Source: Candidatus Kaiserbacteria bacterium (GTDB lineage Bacteria > Patescibacteriota > Minisyncoccia > Phycocordibacterales > UBA2100). Taken from it: a DNA stretch of 57,602 nt. Below, in pieces: positions 29,136-38,014 of the stretch. Both the position numbers and the translations under genes were made by a program. The stretch's first letter is position 1; each line of letters begins with the position of its first letter. The stretch spans positions 148,029-205,630 of the forward strand of contig PLSR01000017.1 of NCBI GenBank assembly GCA_003164215.1, in the 5' to 3' direction. The notes below the pieces were generated by a model that saw nothing but the letters and a program-made list of their open reading frames with translations, had not been told where the DNA came from and did not search any database.

Positions 29136-29855
29136 TTACTCGTTCTCGTCAATGACATCAGACTGCGCGGACGAATCATGGTAAACAGCTTCGATGGTGT
29201 AACCGTCCGGATCGAGAACCGCAGCAGCATAGTAGCCGCGTCCCCGATTGGGCCGCGCGCCGGGTTCTTCTACTGTATTACCGCCCGCATCGATTGCCGC
29301 ATCGAAGAAATCATCCACCGCGTCTTCATCGCTCGCACTGAAAGCCGCGCGAAGTTTTTGCTCGACACCTCCGCCTTTGATCCAGAGATCGGAAGATGTC
29401 CCGATCCCGAACGATGCCATACCGAGAGCAGGGAAGTCCGTCGTCAGCGAATATCCCAAGGGTGCGAGCGCCTGTGCGTAGAAGTTCTTGCTCAAGAGAA
29501 AATTGCTCACGCGTATAACCGGACGATCGGCGACAGCGGCCATCGGGATGTCGCGTGCAGTGTCTTTTCGCTCGAATGACGCAGGCAAGGGAATGGCCTG
29601 CGCAGTTGTTGACCCGGTAGAGCCGTGCAAGAAATGATGTAAATTTGCATGCAATTCGTCGAACAATTTATCGATATGGAGCATGTGCCAATAGAGGCCG
29701 AGGATCATGCAAAAACCGGCGATAATGACCGCTGCGGCGACCCAGTCCTGCCCGCCCATGGCCTCGATGAGGATGTCGAGTCCTATCGCAATAAGGATCA
29801 GCACGATCTCCAGGTCGATGATCTTTTGGATCTGGCCCTCCGTCCGTACCTTCAT
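29136..29855 (-). CDS. VOC/glyoxalase-family domain protein with N-terminal two-TM extension
   Basis: The C-terminal half (RVSNFLLSKNFYAQAL...YYAAAVLDPDGYTIEAVYH) is VOC-like. The N-terminal 60 aa are hydrophobic. An alternative start at 29543 would give the soluble domain only. Confidence 0.6.
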   Translation of the reverse strand: MKVRTEGQIQKIIDLEIVLILIAIGLDILIEAMGGQDWVAAAVIIAGFCMILGLYWHMLHIDKLFDELHANLHHFLHGSTGSTTAQAIPLPASFERKDTARDIPMAAVADRPVIRVSNFLLSKNFYAQALAPLGYSLTTDFPALGMASFGIGTSSDLWIKGGGVEQKLRAAFSASDEDAVDDFFDAAIDAGGNTVEEPGARPNRGRGYYAAAVLDPDGYTIEAVYHDSSAQSDVIDENE

Positions 29856-29969
29856 ATGCGGTGACGGTACGTCCTTTCGAGATGGGAGTCAAGGTTGAAC
29901 GTTTTGACGTCGTCGATGATACAATGATCGCGGGGCAACATTAATCGTTAAGATTTTGACCCTTATCGT

Positions 29970-30416
29970 ATGAAAGAATTCATTAATAAAATGAGTCGGT
30001 TCTGTTACAGACCGTCTCTCGGACTCTTATTCATCCGCGTTGCGGTCGGCGCGGTCTTCTTGGCGCACGGTTGGATGAAGATCGGCAATGTCGACATGGT
30101 CTCGGGCATGCTCGGGCACATGGGCGTCATCGCTCCGGGATTCTTCGGCCCGTTCATCTCCTGGCTTGAAGTCGTCGGCGGTCTGATGCTGATATTCGGC
30201 ATCTTGACGCGTGTCGCCGCAGCGGCATTGGGCATCGAGATGATCTTCGCGATCTTTCTCACGGGGATCGGCAAGGGGTTCGGTCCGCACGAACTTGAGA
30301 TCCTTCTCATGGCGGGCTCCTTGGGTATCGCACTTCTCGGTTCGGGCAAATTCGCGCTCTACAAAATGGAGTGCGACAACTGCGCCGGGATGCTATGTAA
30401 AGGAGAGTGTAAGTAA
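29970..30416 (+). CDS. DoxX-family membrane protein
   Basis: GLLFIRVAVGAVFLAHGWMK is a typical DoxX N-terminus. 4 TM segments. Confidence 0.75.
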   Translation: MKEFINKMSRFCYRPSLGLLFIRVAVGAVFLAHGWMKIGNVDMVSGMLGHMGVIAPGFFGPFISWLEVVGGLMLIFGILTRVAAAALGIEMIFAIFLTGIGKGFGPHELEILLMAGSLGIALLGSGKFALYKMECDNCAGMLCKGECK

Positions 30417-30426
30417 AAAGGGGTGA

Positions 30427-30535
30427 GTATCCCCGCACTGTATGATTTGGGGTCGGTCGTTTTCTTGCTAGAAAACTCCCTCCGTTCTCGTGCCGTCGCA
30501 CTCGAAATACCCCAAATCATACAGTGCGGGGATAC
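30427..30535. repeat. 26-bp perfect inverted repeat enclosing a 57-nt core with two small hairpins
   Basis: gtatccccgcactgtatgatttgggg (30427-30452) pairs with ccccaaatcatacagtgcggggatac (30510-30535). Confidence 0.6.
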
Positions 30536-30565
30536 GTGGTGAGGCTCTGGATGGGATGCGTCATC

Positions 30566-30598
30566 GCAAGTGGACACAAAACAAAAACCGCCGCGATG
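30566..30598 (-). terminator. rho-independent terminator of the csp gene
   Basis: On the minus strand: accgccgc-N6-gcggcggt followed by TTTTTGTTTTG. Confidence 0.75.
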
Positions 30599-30626
30599 AA
30601 GCGGCGGTCTTTGTTGATCAGGAGAA

Positions 30627-30830
30627 TTAAGAAATTCTGCTTACCTTGATCGCGTTCGGTCCTTTCGGACTTTCCCCGACCTCAAAGCTGACCTTGTCTC
30701 CTTCGCGAAGTTCGTCGAACTTGACGTTGACGAGCTCATTGGAATGGAAAAAGAGATCCTTTTCCTGTCCATCGCGGGAGATAAACCCGAAACCCTTGTC
30801 GGTGAGACGGGCGATAGTTCCTTCTTGCAT
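30627..30830 (-). CDS. cspA: cold-shock protein (CspA family)
   Basis: 67 aa with RNP motifs KGFGFI and DLFFH. Confidence 0.9.
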   Translation of the reverse strand: MQEGTIARLTDKGFGFISRDGQEKDLFFHSNELVNVKFDELREGDKVSFEVGESPKGPNAIKVSRIS

Positions 30831-31183
30831 GTTGATTTGCTTGTTTTGGATAAATGCCTTCCCGATTACCGAGGTCTCCGAGAAAGTATCAAGTCAGTAT
30901 GCCGAAAGATGAAGATCGATCCTTGCTTATCTGGATCAGCCCTGGATTTGATATAGTAAGACTAGCATGCATGAATTATCTTGTCAAGCTATCCGCGAGT
31001 ATGTGCCCCCGCTGCAGCTGACCCTGCGCAGTTGTTCGATATCCGTCGCAAAAAACGTCGGCGGGGCATGGTACGATATCTGCATTATTCGTTTCGCATA
31101 TAAAAGTATGTCCAAAGGGATGGATCGCAAGAAGGAAGTGAAGAAGCCGAAGAAGGATAAAAAGAAATAACATAGGAAAAATC

Positions 31184-31660
31184 ATGAACGCAATTCTTCA
31201 TACCAACAAGGGCGACATCGCCCTGGAGTTCTCCGATACGACGCCGAACACCGCCGCGAATTTTATTAAGCTCGCAAAAGAGGGTTTTTACGACGGCACA
31301 AAATTCCATCGCGTGATCAAGGATTTTATGATCCAAGGCGGCGATCCGCAGACCAAAGACGATGCCTTGATGGCACGATGGGGGACCGGTGGTCCGGGTT
31401 ACGCATTCGACGATGAGATCGTTCCGGGCAATAGCAACGATGTCGGCACGATCTCGATGGCCAATGCCGGCCCGAATACCAATGGTAGCCAATTCTTCAT
31501 CAATACCGCGAACAACAACTTCCTCGACACCAAGCACACGGTCTTCGGTCGCGTGACCGATGGCATGGAAGTCGTGGAAATGATCCAAGAAATTCCCGTC
31601 GACGCGTCCGATAGACCGACGAGCCCCATCATTATCGAAACTGTGGAGGTGGGTGACTGA
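31184..31660 (+). CDS. ppiB: peptidyl-prolyl cis-trans isomerase, cyclophilin type
   Basis: FHRVIKDFMIQGGDP and SMANAGPNTNGSQFFI. Confidence 0.9.
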   Translation: MNAILHTNKGDIALEFSDTTPNTAANFIKLAKEGFYDGTKFHRVIKDFMIQGGDPQTKDDALMARWGTGGPGYAFDDEIVPGNSNDVGTISMANAGPNTNGSQFFINTANNNFLDTKHTVFGRVTDGMEVVEMIQEIPVDASDRPTSPIIIETVEVGD

Positions 31661-31725
31661 CATGCAGAAGGGCACCTTACACAAGACGCCCTTTTGTGGG
31701 GAGCGGCACATGCTAAAATACCTGT

Positions 31726-32754
31726 GTGGATAAGAACCGAGTCGAAAGTATCTCTTTGCTCGTCCTCTTTGCAGGGATCTCGCTCCTGCTCTTTTATGTG
31801 TTCTCGCCGTTCCTGCAAGTGCTCGCGCTCGCGGCCGTCTTTGCCGTACTTTTTCAGCGTCCGTATCGACAGCTGACGCGCGAGCTATTTGGATCGAAGA
31901 CGACATCGGCGATCATCATCGTTGCACTTGTCCTCGTTTTCATCATCACCCCGCTCTTTCTGCTCGGTATTGAAATATTTCGGGAGGCGCAAGATCTGTA
32001 CATCGCGGCGCAGGGAAGTGGCGCACAATATTTGAGCGGATTGCAGATGGCTATCCAGATCCCGATTCAACGGCTCCTCCCCGGATTTACCTTTGATATC
32101 AATACGTATGTGGTGGGTGCGCTCGCGTTCATTTCGAGCAATCTTGCAAGTCTCGTCTATCAAACATTCTTTGTCGTCTTCGAGACCTTCCTTATGCTCA
32201 TCGCATTCTTTTTCTTTCTTCGTGACGGAAGCAGCCTACTTGCCAACGCCGCAGCTATGAGCCCGTTCGGCGAGAGCGCGACGGCGGATATTATGAATAA
32301 CATGCGACTCGCGGTGCAATCGGTCGTCAAAGGAACTCTTCTGATAGCGGTCATCCGGTGGTTCTTCGTCGGCGTCGGCTTCTATCTCTTCGGAATACCC
32401 AACGCGATCCTGTGGGGCAGCATCGGCGGCATCGTCGGCGCGATACCGGGTGTCGGCACGCCGATCGTCTTCATCCCGGCGATCGCGTATCTTTTCCTCG
32501 AGGGGCATATACTGCTGGCGATCGGCCTCACGATCTTCACGATCATCGCGCTCATTCTGTTGGATAACGTGCTCACACCGTACTATTTTAGTAAGGGTCT
32601 TCAAGCGCCGCAGATCATCATTCTTTTCTCGATCCTCGGCGGCATCCTCTTCTTCGGCCCCCTGGGATTCATCTTTGGTCCACTCGTGCTCTCTGTGTTT
32701 CTTTCTATACTGCACGTGTACAGTGGCGCGACGTCGTCGAGCTCACGAAGTTGA
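31726..32754 (+). CDS. AI-2E family transporter (PerM-like permease)
   Basis: 342 aa with about 8 TM segments and a GTP.VFIPA-type motif. GTG start. Confidence 0.7.
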   Translation: MDKNRVESISLLVLFAGISLLLFYVFSPFLQVLALAAVFAVLFQRPYRQLTRELFGSKTTSAIIIVALVLVFIITPLFLLGIEIFREAQDLYIAAQGSGAQYLSGLQMAIQIPIQRLLPGFTFDINTYVVGALAFISSNLASLVYQTFFVVFETFLMLIAFFFFLRDGSSLLANAAAMSPFGESATADIMNNMRLAVQSVVKGTLLIAVIRWFFVGVGFYLFGIPNAILWGSIGGIVGAIPGVGTPIVFIPAIAYLFLEGHILLAIGLTIFTIIALILLDNVLTPYYFSKGLQAPQIIILFSILGGILFFGPLGFIFGPLVLSVFLSILHVYSGATSSSSRS

Positions 32755-33492
32755 GGTCGTAAAAAATCCGAACCCGCTCGTCATTGTCGCGATGCCGTTG
32801 CGATCGATCATGTAGCCTTCGAGATCGGGCATTTTCTCAATGAATCGAATACCACGCGGCCCCATCGCAAATGCGGCGGTCGCGAAACGGTCTGCTTCGA
32901 GCACGTCGGGGCCGACGACCGTGATGCTCACGATCTCATCGAGCGCTCGCTTCGGATCATGTGGGTCGTAAATGTGGGCGCCGCGGATGTATGAGCCGGA
33001 GGTCGCGACGCCAAAGCCTTTCGGATACATCACCTTGACGATCTCATCTCGCTTGAACGGATTGCGAATGCCGATGCTCCAGTCGTTCTCGTTCTCGTCG
33101 GTACCGCTGACTGCGATGTCGCCGCCGGCATCGATGAAAAAATCAGCGCAACCAGCTTTTGCAATGAGCTCGGCGGCATTCTTGATAGCCCAACTTTTGA
33201 CGACGCCGGAAGGGTCGATCGAACCGTCGGGCCGCCGGATATTGAAATAGCCGTCTGATTCCGCCATGGTTCGTTTGGCGATCGCAAAAACCTCGCACAT
33301 GTCGTCGCTCCACTGCGATTCCACCAATTCACCGCGGTTTATCTGCGATATCTCGCTCGTGTCCTTGTAGGTACTGAAACGCTCGTCTACGGACTGAAAA
33401 TAGGCGAATGCGGACTCCATCGCTTCCCGTGCTCCCTCGCCGCGAACCTCTATGGTTATCGGCATTCCCATGATGGCTCGCGTGTCTTTCAT
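32743..33492 (-). CDS. apbE: FAD:protein FMN transferase (ApbE family)
   Basis: MGMPITIEV...FSTYKDTSEISQIN...DPSGVVKSWA...DAGGDI are ApbE blocks. The ATG at 33492 gives about 249 aa. The track's N-terminal extension is implausible. Confidence 0.8.
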   Translation of the reverse strand: MKDTRAIMGMPITIEVRGEGAREAMESAFAYFQSVDERFSTYKDTSEISQINRGELVESQWSDDMCEVFAIAKRTMAESDGYFNIRRPDGSIDPSGVVKSWAIKNAAELIAKAGCADFFIDAGGDIAVSGTDENENDWSIGIRNPFKRDEIVKVMYPKGFGVATSGSYIRGAHIYDPHDPKRALDEIVSITVVGPDVLEADRFATAAFAMGPRGIRFIEKMPDLEGYMIDRNGIATMTSGFGFFTTSTS

Positions 33493-33579
33493 GTACCCAG
33501 TATTACATGGCCCGGCGGGCCTTTGTTTCGTTGGTGTTTTGCACAAGTGGTAGCACGTAAAATGTTGTATAATAGAGCC

Positions 33580-34656
33580 ATGACAGACGACCGGCCGATT
33601 TACCAACAGCTCATTGATCAACATCTCCATATTCTTGAAAGCTTGCAGTACGAGTCCGGATTGTTCGCGGCCTCCAAGAAGGGTATCGGCACCGGCTATG
33701 ACAAAGCGTGGTTGCGGGATAACTTCTACGAATGCCTCGCTTTTGAGGTCGTGGGAGACATAGATACGGTGAAGAAGACCTATCGCGCGATCCTCGACAT
33801 CTTCAAGAAGCACGAACCCAAGATCGACCATGCGATAAGTGCGAAGCCCGAGTATACACATCAATATATTCATCCGCGGTACAATCCGCAGACATTCGAG
33901 GAATATTGGGAAGAGTGGGGCAATAAGCAGAACGATTCGATCGGATGTGTGCTTTTCAAGATCGGTGATCTGGAATCGAGACAGAAGGGGACGATCATCG
34001 CCGACGAGGACGACCGCCGTGTCGTGCAGAAGCTCGTCTGGTACCTCTCAACACTGCAATATTGGAACGATCCGGATTCCGGCATGTGGGAAGAGAATCA
34101 GGAATTGCACGCCTCATCTGTCGGCGCATGCCTCGCCGGGCTCATGTCGGCCAAAAATATCGAGGGAATTGAAGTCCCTGATGAACTGCTCGAAAAAGGC
34201 CGTACGGCACTGCGTTCGATCCTTCCGCGCGAATCGAAAGAAAAATTCGTTGATCTCGCATTGCTCTCGTTGATCTGGCCGTACAATATTCTGACCTCGG
34301 AAGAGACCGCCGAGATCCTGAATAATATCGAATACCACCTCCTGCGCGATCACGGCGTCATTCGTTACAAAGGCGACCGCTACTACAACAAGAACACCGA
34401 CGGTTGGTCCGAAGAAGCTGAATGGACGTTCGGGCTTAGCTGGCTCGCGATCATCTACGAGAAGTTGGGCGATGCGGCGAAAGCGCAGGAATATTTGGAG
34501 AAGGCGAAAGCCGCCGTCGCCGCAGAAGGCGTCCCGGAACTCTTTTATTCCAATTCGACGAAATACAACGACAACACACCGCTCGGCTGGAGCGAAAGTC
34601 TTTTCATTGTTGCCTTATACGAGGTCAACAAGAAAAATCTCGCGAGCACCGTATAG
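33580..34656 (+). CDS. GH15-like glucoamylase catalytic-domain protein (stand-alone (alpha/alpha)6 barrel)
   Basis: YDKAWLRDNFYE and DSGMWEENQELHASSVGACLAGL (GH15 WEE region). Start taken at ATG 33580. Confidence 0.65.
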   Translation: MTDDRPIYQQLIDQHLHILESLQYESGLFAASKKGIGTGYDKAWLRDNFYECLAFEVVGDIDTVKKTYRAILDIFKKHEPKIDHAISAKPEYTHQYIHPRYNPQTFEEYWEEWGNKQNDSIGCVLFKIGDLESRQKGTIIADEDDRRVVQKLVWYLSTLQYWNDPDSGMWEENQELHASSVGACLAGLMSAKNIEGIEVPDELLEKGRTALRSILPRESKEKFVDLALLSLIWPYNILTSEETAEILNNIEYHLLRDHGVIRYKGDRYYNKNTDGWSEEAEWTFGLSWLAIIYEKLGDAAKAQEYLEKAKAAVAAEGVPELFYSNSTKYNDNTPLGWSESLFIVALYEVNKKNLASTV

Positions 34657-34790
34657 TGTGCGTACACGACACGTAGCCTTTAAAGTGACCCCGGACTTCA
34701 TGGAAAGTGCGAGGAGAGAACGGGCTTTGACTCAATTGCAATAATCTGGCTTACTTGCGGCTAGAGATCTTTGACTTGGAGGAGCGGACA

Positions 34791-35957
34791 ATGGCAAGCC
34801 TCGATCCCGTAAACGGCGTCGATTATCTAATCGACTATTATTCATTGCTTGGCGTCGAGCGTGACGCAACCGCGGAGACGATCACGACGGCGTACCGGCA
34901 GATGCAGATGCAATATCATCCGGACCGTTTTCAAGGACTCGCGCCGGAGCTGTTTCATCGGGCAGAACATCAGTCCAATCTCGTCAATGAAGCCTACACG
35001 ATCCTTGACGACGACTCGAACAAGCGCGCGTACGATCAAAAGCTCGCCGGCTGGAAGAAACCCCTGAGCAAGCACGGCGAGATCATCGTCGACCTAGATG
35101 CGTCGGGCTTCTCGTTTACCACACTGCTCGGGAACCTGAACGCAGACCCCGAACAGCGGGAAAAAGAAGCCGAGACGATTGCATCGCAATTCTCCGGCTT
35201 CAATAAGGCGACGTATGACTTTATTTGCGGACAGGCGGCGTCGCCGGGAGGAATTCCGCCGGAGTTGAAGGCCGCGTATGTGGAGCAGCTTGAACAACGG
35301 GACCTCCACTTGTCTCTTCGCGAAGGCCTGCTCTGGGAAAGCATAGGGCAACGCAATCATGCACCGGCGCCACGTCTCGAATATCGCGAACACATGCGAG
35401 AAGTTCTCGAATCGACGAAACAAGAGGCCATCCGCGGCGTTGAAGAACAAGTCTTGTTGATCGCGGCCGGCGAACGAGCATTGCTTCCGGCTCCGGAAGG
35501 GTCGGGAGATAATGCTGACGCGAGTCAGGTCCTTGCCCATTACACGGCCCGGCTCGATGAGCACTTCCAAAAGCAGGCTGCGATCTTGGAACCGCTTGCG
35601 GCGGAACGCGAACAAATACTCGAGGAACGTTTCGCTACTAGCGCGAAGATCGTCTATCATCCGGAGACGGTTTCCTACACGCCAAAACTGATCCTCGAGA
35701 TCAAACACGGCAACGCACCAGTCTGGTTGATGTTCGAATTCTCGGGGGATAGCGTGAAAGGCACGCACCTCGACGGATTGGAGGAACTGGCGAAGCCTGA
35801 GATCGCGCGGGAGTGGATAGGTCGCGGCTATACGATCCTGTCGTTCCAAGCGATCAAGGGCATTGACTTCAGAAGCCAACTCGATCGCGTCCTCACGTTG
35901 CACGCGGAGAAACTCGCGGCATTGACAATGCAACATACGATCGAGATCGCTTCTTAG
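34791..35957 (+). CDS. J-domain (DnaJ-like) protein with an unassigned ~310-aa C-terminal region
   Basis: DYYSLLGVERDATAETITTAYRQMQMQYHPDRF (HPD motif). No G/F region or zinc finger. GGAGGAG Shine-Dalgarno before ATG 34791. Confidence 0.75.
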   Translation: MASLDPVNGVDYLIDYYSLLGVERDATAETITTAYRQMQMQYHPDRFQGLAPELFHRAEHQSNLVNEAYTILDDDSNKRAYDQKLAGWKKPLSKHGEIIVDLDASGFSFTTLLGNLNADPEQREKEAETIASQFSGFNKATYDFICGQAASPGGIPPELKAAYVEQLEQRDLHLSLREGLLWESIGQRNHAPAPRLEYREHMREVLESTKQEAIRGVEEQVLLIAAGERALLPAPEGSGDNADASQVLAHYTARLDEHFQKQAAILEPLAAEREQILEERFATSAKIVYHPETVSYTPKLILEIKHGNAPVWLMFEFSGDSVKGTHLDGLEELAKPEIAREWIGRGYTILSFQAIKGIDFRSQLDRVLTLHAEKLAALTMQHTIEIAS

Positions 35958-35971
35958 TCATCCTACGAACC

Positions 35972-36005
35972 GGCCGCCCATCCCTGCGATGGGCGGCCTT
36001 TTTTA
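35972..36005 (+). terminator. rho-independent terminator (11-bp stem plus T7)
   Basis: ggccgcccatc-cctgc-gatgggcggcc followed by ttttttt. Confidence 0.8.
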
Positions 36006-36012
36006 TACATGC

Positions 36013-36384
36013 TTATTTCTCGTCGTAATCGTAGAAGACCGCCTCGACATTATGGCCGTCGGCATCGTGCACGAATGCGGCATAGTAGCCGGGCCAATAG
36101 TCTTTGCGATACCCGGGCGCACCGTTATCCGTGGCACCGGCTGCGAGCGCCGCTTTGTAGAATGCCTCGACCTCTGCCTTGTCTTTGGCAGCAAAGGCGA
36201 CGTGCAGCGGGATGACACCCTTTTCATTCGTGCCGATCCAGAAATCAGTATTCGTGCCGTCGTTGAATCCGGCTGCCTCGCCGTATTCCATGTTTTGAGT
36301 ATAGCCCAAGGTCGCGAGCACGGTCGTATAAAATTCCTTCGCCTTTTTATAATTGCCTACAGGGATGCTGGTATGCGCGATCAT
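36013..36384 (-). CDS. VOC / glyoxalase-bleomycin-resistance family protein
   Basis: 123 aa. IAHTSIPVGNYKKAKEFY...YYAAFVHDADGHNVEAV. Confidence 0.75.
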   Translation of the reverse strand: MIAHTSIPVGNYKKAKEFYTTVLATLGYTQNMEYGEAAGFNDGTNTDFWIGTNEKGVIPLHVAFAAKDKAEVEAFYKAALAAGATDNGAPGYRKDYWPGYYAAFVHDADGHNVEAVFYDYDEK

Positions 36385-36553
36385 AGATTAAAAATGAATT
36401 GATATGCACAAAAGTATACACGATGTATATATGTGCAGACCATGAAGCAGAATGATGGATTTCGTAAATCCATCATTTTAAATTTGTGTCTACGTATCAT
36501 GGTGAAAGCCGCACAGGGGCGGCTTTCTTCGTGATGACGACTGCGCCGGTGAA

Positions 36554-36940
36554 TCATGGGGCAAGCAGTGTTGGAAAATTTCGCTCGACCACCTTGAAAG
36601 GGAAGAAGAGCCGCCACCACTCGGTTTTCCCATAAGGCTTCCGAAGAACGTGGTCGCTCAATACGACAGGTACGCTCCATTGCGAATACTTGAGTGCGGT
36701 TTTTAGTTGTTCGTACCGCACGGTTATCGCATAGGGCCGCACGAGGATCGAACCGTCTCGCATCGGCCTCACGAGCACGAAATGAGAATATACGTCCTGC
36801 GGCACCGCGATGAAGTCGAGCGAGTGTTGACGCGATCTGCGAGAGACCGGATGCACGGCCATCCCATGTTCCGACAGAAGTCGCGCAATCTGCTGCAGTG
36901 TTGCGCGCTGCTGTTCATTCGTCCTGATGCGTTTATGCAT
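36554..36940 (-). CDS. hypothetical protein
   Basis: 128-aa ORF with a GAAGGGGG Shine-Dalgarno. No family recognised. Confidence 0.45.
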   Translation of the reverse strand: MHKRIRTNEQQRATLQQIARLLSEHGMAVHPVSRRSRQHSLDFIAVPQDVYSHFVLVRPMRDGSILVRPYAITVRYEQLKTALKYSQWSVPVVLSDHVLRKPYGKTEWWRLFFPFKVVERNFPTLLAP

Positions 36941-37021
36941 GAGAACCCCCTTCTCAGCGGTCTGATGAATCTATCGTTGAATCTATCGTCGAGTCTAACC
37001 TTGGCGAACTTATGTTGTCAA

Positions 37022-37666
37022 TCAACGACCATTTCGTGCCGCGACTGTACCGGAATCGATCTCAATATCCTCGCCGTCATCCTCATCGTCATATTCCTCG
37101 TCATCATCATCGTCATCGTAGCCCGATGCTTCCTCGATGAGGAAGCGCGAGAGCGCCCGGGCGATCGGTTTGTCGATGCAGGGGATGAGGAAGTCGCGCT
37201 TCTTTTTTGAATGAAATGAGTCGTTGGAACTGCTGATCGTTATATCGAGCTGCGCCAAGCCGAGGAGCCGCCAGTGATACGGTTGTTCGATATGGACGTT
37301 GCTGATCTGCGCGTAGGGGATCGTGATCTCCTGAACGCGGAAGAGCCCGCGGCGCAAATGAAAGGCATGATCATCGACATGAAAAGAATACTTGCGATAT
37401 TCAACCGAGACGCCGAGATATGCGACGACGAAAAAAGCGATCGAAATGAGCAAAGACCATTGCGTGACCATGCCGGTATCGACATACCAGCTCGGATTGC
37501 TCGCCAAAAATTGCGTTACGAACGCGTTGAGACTGCCGAAATAGATCTGAAACGCGAGGTACGCGAACGCGATCCCCAGGGCGACGATCCACCAACAATA
37601 TTTGATGAGAAGATATAGATACGTCCGCCGACCCGTTCGATACTTGGTATCAAGGGTGATCTTCAT
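37022..37666 (-). CDS. bacterial PH-domain (bPH_2 / YdbS-YdbT-like) membrane protein with poly-Asp/Glu tail
   Basis: Two TM segments, then FHLRRGLFRVQEITIPYAQISNVHIEQPYHWRLLGLAQLDI. C-terminal tail YDDDDDDEEYDDEDDGED. Confidence 0.65.
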   Translation of the reverse strand: MKITLDTKYRTGRRTYLYLLIKYCWWIVALGIAFAYLAFQIYFGSLNAFVTQFLASNPSWYVDTGMVTQWSLLISIAFFVVAYLGVSVEYRKYSFHVDDHAFHLRRGLFRVQEITIPYAQISNVHIEQPYHWRLLGLAQLDITISSSNDSFHSKKKRDFLIPCIDKPIARALSRFLIEEASGYDDDDDDEEYDDEDDGEDIEIDSGTVAARNGR

Positions 37667-38014
37667 AACTTATTGAAATAAGTGTATCACGGACTTTTGG
37701 GCGTTGTGAATATGAGCCGGCCGGGGCGGTATAGCAGAGACACCCGGAGCCGAAGCTACCGGGTGTTCGTCTCACGTCGTTAATGCGGCGTTTCGTGTTC
37801 GCCGACGTCGTTGACGGGCTTTCCTTGGGATTCTAACCATCCCACATACTTATCCATAACCCAATTGAAAGGGAAGCAAATCGTTTTCCACACGTCGCAA
37901 TATCCTTTTGTCGACTTCACGAGCACCAAAATGATCGTGCTTGACCGATCATATCACAATGAACGAGCAGGCAAGCTGTGGAAATTTGTGGGGAAAAGAG
38001 TGAGACCCGGGGAA

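Noticed and set aside
31108-31170. 20-codon Lys-rich mini-ORF (MSKGMDRKKEVKKPKKDKKK) just upstream of ppiB.
   Set aside because: There is no Shine-Dalgarno, it is very short, and it lies within a longer 67-aa track ORF of implausible composition. It cannot be supported from sequence alone, though it may merit a proteomics check.
32743-33873. The full 376-aa version of the ApbE ORF and the 33523 start of the divergent GH15-like ORF.
   Set aside because: The N-terminal extensions overlap each other on opposite strands and have no family similarity. The internal ATGs at 33492 and 33580 give products of normal length with canonical N-termini.
36955-37000. CTGATGA string as a hammerhead ribozyme core.
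   Set aside because: There is no matching GAAA core or three-stem junction. The region is better explained by the tandem 12-mer repeat.
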